NCBI GenBank assembly: GCA_964016885.1
Contig: OZ024756.1
Coordinates: 37,076,001 to 37,140,000 of the forward strand
DNA length: 64,000 nt
Source of the DNA: Eledone cirrhosa
Lineage: Eukaryota
Reading direction: 5' to 3'
Shown here: in pieces, positions 63,001 to 64,000 of the stretch
How positions within the stretch are numbered: the stretch's first letter is position 1
Layout of the letters: each line of letters opens with the position of its first letter
Program-made: the position numbers and the translations under genes
Notes under the pieces: model-generated
Database searches by the model: none
The model's input: the letters and a program-made list of their open reading frames with translations, nothing else
What the model was told of the DNA's origin: nothing

Positions 63001-63950
63001 CCAGCACACGCTTCACCAACACCACAAATGCCACCACCACCATTTCCACCACTAACACCACCAGCACACGCTTCACCAACACCACAAATGCCACCACCAC
63101 CATTTCCACCACTAACACCACCAGCACACGCTTCACCAACACCACAAATGCCACCACCACCATTTCCACCACTAACACCACCAGCACACGCTTCACCAAC
63201 ACCACAAATGCCACCACCACCATTTCCACCACCAACACCACCAGCACACCCTTCACCAACACCACACATGCCACCACCACCGCCACCATTTTCCCCACCA
63301 ACACACCCAGCACCAACACCATCATCACCACCATCATCACATCCATCATCACCACCATCATCACCACCATCATCACCACTATCATTACTAATACATCCAG
63401 CACAAACACCACCAATGCCACTATCATCATCACCACTACCAATACCACCAGTACCCTCACCACCACCATCACCGCCACCACCACTAATATACCCAGCATC
63501 AATACGACCATCATCATCATCATCACCAGCCTCAACACTAACAATACCGCCACCACATCTAACACACACAGCACTAACACCACCTCTAACACACCCAACA
63601 CTAACACAACCTCTAACACACCCAGCACTAACACAACCTCTAACACACCCAGCACTAACATAACCAGCACTAAAACCACCTCTAACGCACCTAGCACTAA
63701 CACAACCTCTAATACACCCAACACTAACACCACCTCTAACACACCCAGCACTAACACCACCTCTAACGCACCCAACACTAACACCACCTCTAACACCACC
63801 GACATCACCGCTAACGCCACACTACACGTTACCATAATCCATGCACACTATCACTCCTACTATCAACACCACTACCACTCCTACTATCAACACCACTACC
63901 ACTCCTACTATCAACACCACTACCACTCCATCGACGACAACCACCACTAA
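54015..63950 (+). CDS. Possible mucin-like Thr/Asn-rich repeat exon (unproven)
   Basis: 3311-codon open frame with a 20-aa unit [19 protein letters not shown](P/R). Other frames are also open, and no signal peptide or folded domain is visible. Confidence 0.25.
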   Translation: MCVCTCMYNLYFKLLVTFYIGKPIFSSPPSIRFETDSQVFLYLSWLTANVAKICTTPPSTTTATTINTPSTNIANAATTTTISTTNTSSTPFTNTTNATTTATISTTNTTSTPFTNTTNATTTISTTNTSSTRFTNTTNAITTATISTTNTSSTPFTNTTNATTTATISTTNTTSTPFTNTTNAITTISTTNTSSTRFTNTTNATTTATISTTNTTSTPFTNTTNATTTISTTNTRSTPFTNTTNAITTISTTNTSSTRFTNTTNATTTATISTTNTTSTPFTNTTNATTTISTTNTRSTPFTNTTNAITTISTTNTSSTRFTNPTNATTTATISTTNTTSTPFTNTTNATTTISTTNTSSTRFTNTTNATTTATISTTNTTSTPFTNTTNAITTISTTNTSSTRFTNPTNATTTATISTTNTTSTPFTNTTNAITTISTTNTSSTRFTNTTNATTTATISTTNTTSTPFTNTTNATTTISTTNTRSTPFTNTTNAITTISTTNTSSTRFTNPTNATTTATISTTNTTSTPFTNTTNATTTISTTNTSSTRFTNTTNATTTATISTTNTTSTPFTNTTNATTTISTTNTRSTPFTNTTNAITTISTTNTSSTRFTNPTNATTTATISTTNTSSTRFTNTTNATTTISTTNTTSTPFTNTTNATTTISTTNTTSTPFTNTTNATTTISTTNTTSTRFTNTTNATTTISTTNTTSTPFTNTTNATTTISTTNTTSTPFTNTTNATTTISTTNTTSTRFTNTTNATTTISTTNTTSTPFTNTTNATTTISTTNTTSTRFTNTTNATTTISTTNTTSTPFTNTTNATTTISTTNTTSTRFTNTTNATTTISTTNTTSTPFTNTTNATTTISTTNTTSTRFTNTTNATTTATISTTNTTSTPFTNTTNATTTISTTNTTSTPFTNTTNATTTISTTNTTSTRFTNTTNATTTIYTTNTTSTPFTNTTNATTTISTTNTTSTPFTNTTNATTTISTTNTTSTPFTNTTNATTTISTTNTTSTPFTNTTNATTTISTTNTTSTPFTNTTNATTTISTTNTTSTPFTNTTNATTTISTTNTTSTRFTNTTNATTTATISTTNTTSTPFTNTTNATTTISTTNTTSTPFTNTTNATTTISTTNTTSTRFTNTTNATTTIYTTNTTSTPFTNTTNATTTISTTNTTSTPFTNTTNATTTISTTNTTSTPFTNTTNATTTISTTNTTSTPFTNTTNATTTISTTNTTSTPFTNTTNATTTISTTNTTSTPFTNTTNATTTISTTNTTSTRFTNTTNATTTICTTNTTSTPFTNTTNATTTISTTNTTSTPFTNTTNATTTISTTNTTSTRFTNTTNATTTICTTNTTSTRFTNTTNATTTICTTNTTSTPFTNTTNATTTISTTNTTSTRFTNTTNATTTISTTNTTSTPFTNTTHATTTISTTNTTSTRFTNTTNATTTISTTNTTSTRFTNTTNATTTISTTNTTSTRFTNTTNATTTICTTNTTSTPFTNTTNATTTISTTNTTSTPFTNTTNATTTISTTNTTSTPFTNTTNATTTISTTNTSSTRFTNTTNATTTICTTNTTSTPFTNTTNATTTISTTNTTSTRFTNTTNATTTISTTNTTSTRFTNTTNATTTISTTNTTSTRFTNTTNATTTICTTNTTSTPFTNTTNATTTISTTNTTSTPFTNTTNATTTISTTNTTSTPFTNTTNATTTISTTNTSSTRFTNTTNATTTISTTNTTSTPFTNTTNATTTISTTNTTSTPFTNTTNATTTISTTNTSSTRFTNTTNATTTISTTNTSSTRFTNTTNATTTISTTNTSSTPFTNTTNATTTISTTNTTSTRFTNTTNATTTISTTNTSSTPFTNTTNATTTISTTNTTSTRFTNTTNATTTISTTNTTSTPFTNTTNATTTISTTNTTSTRFTNTTNATTTISTTNTSSTPFTNTTNATTTISTTNTTSTPFTNTTNATTTICTTNTTSTRFTNTTNATTTISTTNTTSTPFTNTTNATTTISTTNTTSTPFTNTTNATTTICTTNTTSTPFTNTTNATTTISTTNTTSTRFTNTTNATTTICTTNTTSTRFTNTTNATTTICTTNTTSTPFTNTTNATTTISTTNTTSTPFTNTTNATTTICTTNTTSTRFTNTTNATTTICTTNTTSTRFTNTTNATTTICTTNTTSTRFTNTTNATTTISTTNTTSTPFTNTTNATTTISTTNTTSTRFTNTTNATTTISTTNTTSTRFTNTTNATTTICTTNTTSTRFTNTTNATTTICTTNTTSTPFTNTTNATTTISTTNTTSTRFTNTTNATTTISTTNTTSTPFTNTTNATTTISTTNTTSTPFTNTTNATTTICTTNTTSTRFTNTTNATTTISTTNTTSTRFTNTTNATTTISTTNTTSTRFTNTTNATTTISTTNTSSTPFTNTTNATTTISTTNTTSTPFTNTTNATTTISTTNTTSTPFTNTTNATTTISTTNTSSTPFTNTTNATTTISTTNTTSTPFTNTTNATTTISTTNTTSTRFTNTTNATTTISTTNTSSTPFTNTTNATTTISTTNTTSTPFTNTTNATTTISTTNTSSTPFTNTTNATTTISTTNTTSTPFTNTTNATTTISTTNTTSTPFTNTTNATTTISTTNTTSTRFTNTTNATTTISTTNTSSTPFTNTTNATTTISTTNTSSTPFTNTTNATTTISTTNTTSTPFTNTTNATTTISTTNTSSTPFTNTTNATTTISTTNTTSTPFTNTTNATTTISTTNTTSTPFTNTTNATTTISTTNTTSTRFTNTTNATTTISTTNTSSTPFTNTTNATTTISTTNTSSTPFTNTTNATTTISTTNTTSTRFTNTTNATTTISTTNTSSTRFTNTTNATTTISTTNTSSTPFTNTTNATTTISTTNTTSTRFTNTTNATTTISTTNTSSTPFTNTTNATTTISTTNTTSTRFTNTTNATTTISTTNTSSTPFTNTTNATTTISTTNTTSTPFTNTTHATTTISTTNTTSTRFTNTTNATTTISTTNTTSTRFTNTTNATTTISTTNTTSTRFTNTTNATTTISTTNTTSTRFTNTTNATTTISTTNTTSTPFTNTTHATTTATIFPTNTPSTNTIITTIITSIITTIITTIITTIITNTSSTNTTNATIIITTTNTTSTLTTTITATTTNIPSINTTIIIIITSLNTNNTATTSNTHSTNTTSNTPNTNTTSNTPSTNTTSNTPSTNITSTKTTSNAPSTNTTSNTPNTNTTSNTPSTNTTSNAPNTNTTSNTTDITANATLHVTIIHAHYHSYYQHHYHSYYQHHYHSYYQHHYHSIDDNHH
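54236..63295. repeat. 60-bp (some 66-bp) minisatellite, about 150 units
   Basis: Unit ttcaccaacaccacaaatgccaccaccaccatttccaccac(t/c)aacacca(c/g)cagcacac(c/g)c. Confidence 0.98.
63560..63930. repeat. 27-bp repeat (~63560-63800) and 24-bp repeat (~63850-63930)
   Basis: actaacacaacctctaacacacccagc; caccactaccactcctactatcaa. Confidence 0.85.
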
Positions 63951-64000
63951 CACCTCCAGTAGCAAGGCCAACAATACTACTAGGGACCGAGGAGTCAATA

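Noticed and set aside
54102-63835. Gly-, Pro- and Val-rich giant ORFs in other frames
   Set aside because: Shadow frames of the ACC-rich repeat with no independent support

Overview
Extremely microsatellite-rich eukaryotic DNA: (AT)n, (CA)n, (GA)n, (TATG)n, (TAGA)n, (ACC/GGT)n, (CTA)n and (GAA)n. The SINE sequence and repeat landscape suggest an octopod cephalopod; this is an inference from recognition, not a search. No host protein-coding gene is recognisable, and nearly all listed ORFs are translations of simple repeats. The non-simple sequence is mostly mobile-element debris: about 15 tRNA-derived SINE copies or fragments, RTE-, CRE- and R4/Dong-like non-LTR fragments, a decayed Penelope-like GIY-YIG region, one piggyBac-type MITE and two Tc1/mariner-type MITEs. 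A ~9 kb 60-bp minisatellite could encode a mucin-like domain. The most striking signal is several families of short (~100-300 bp) elements embedded in (AT)n that carry hammerhead-ribozyme (HHR) motifs and repeatedly fold back on themselves at or inside the ribozyme. In one copy the cleavage-site strand has been amplified into a ~1 kb satellite. All coordinates and pairings were read by eye, and element ends are approximate.
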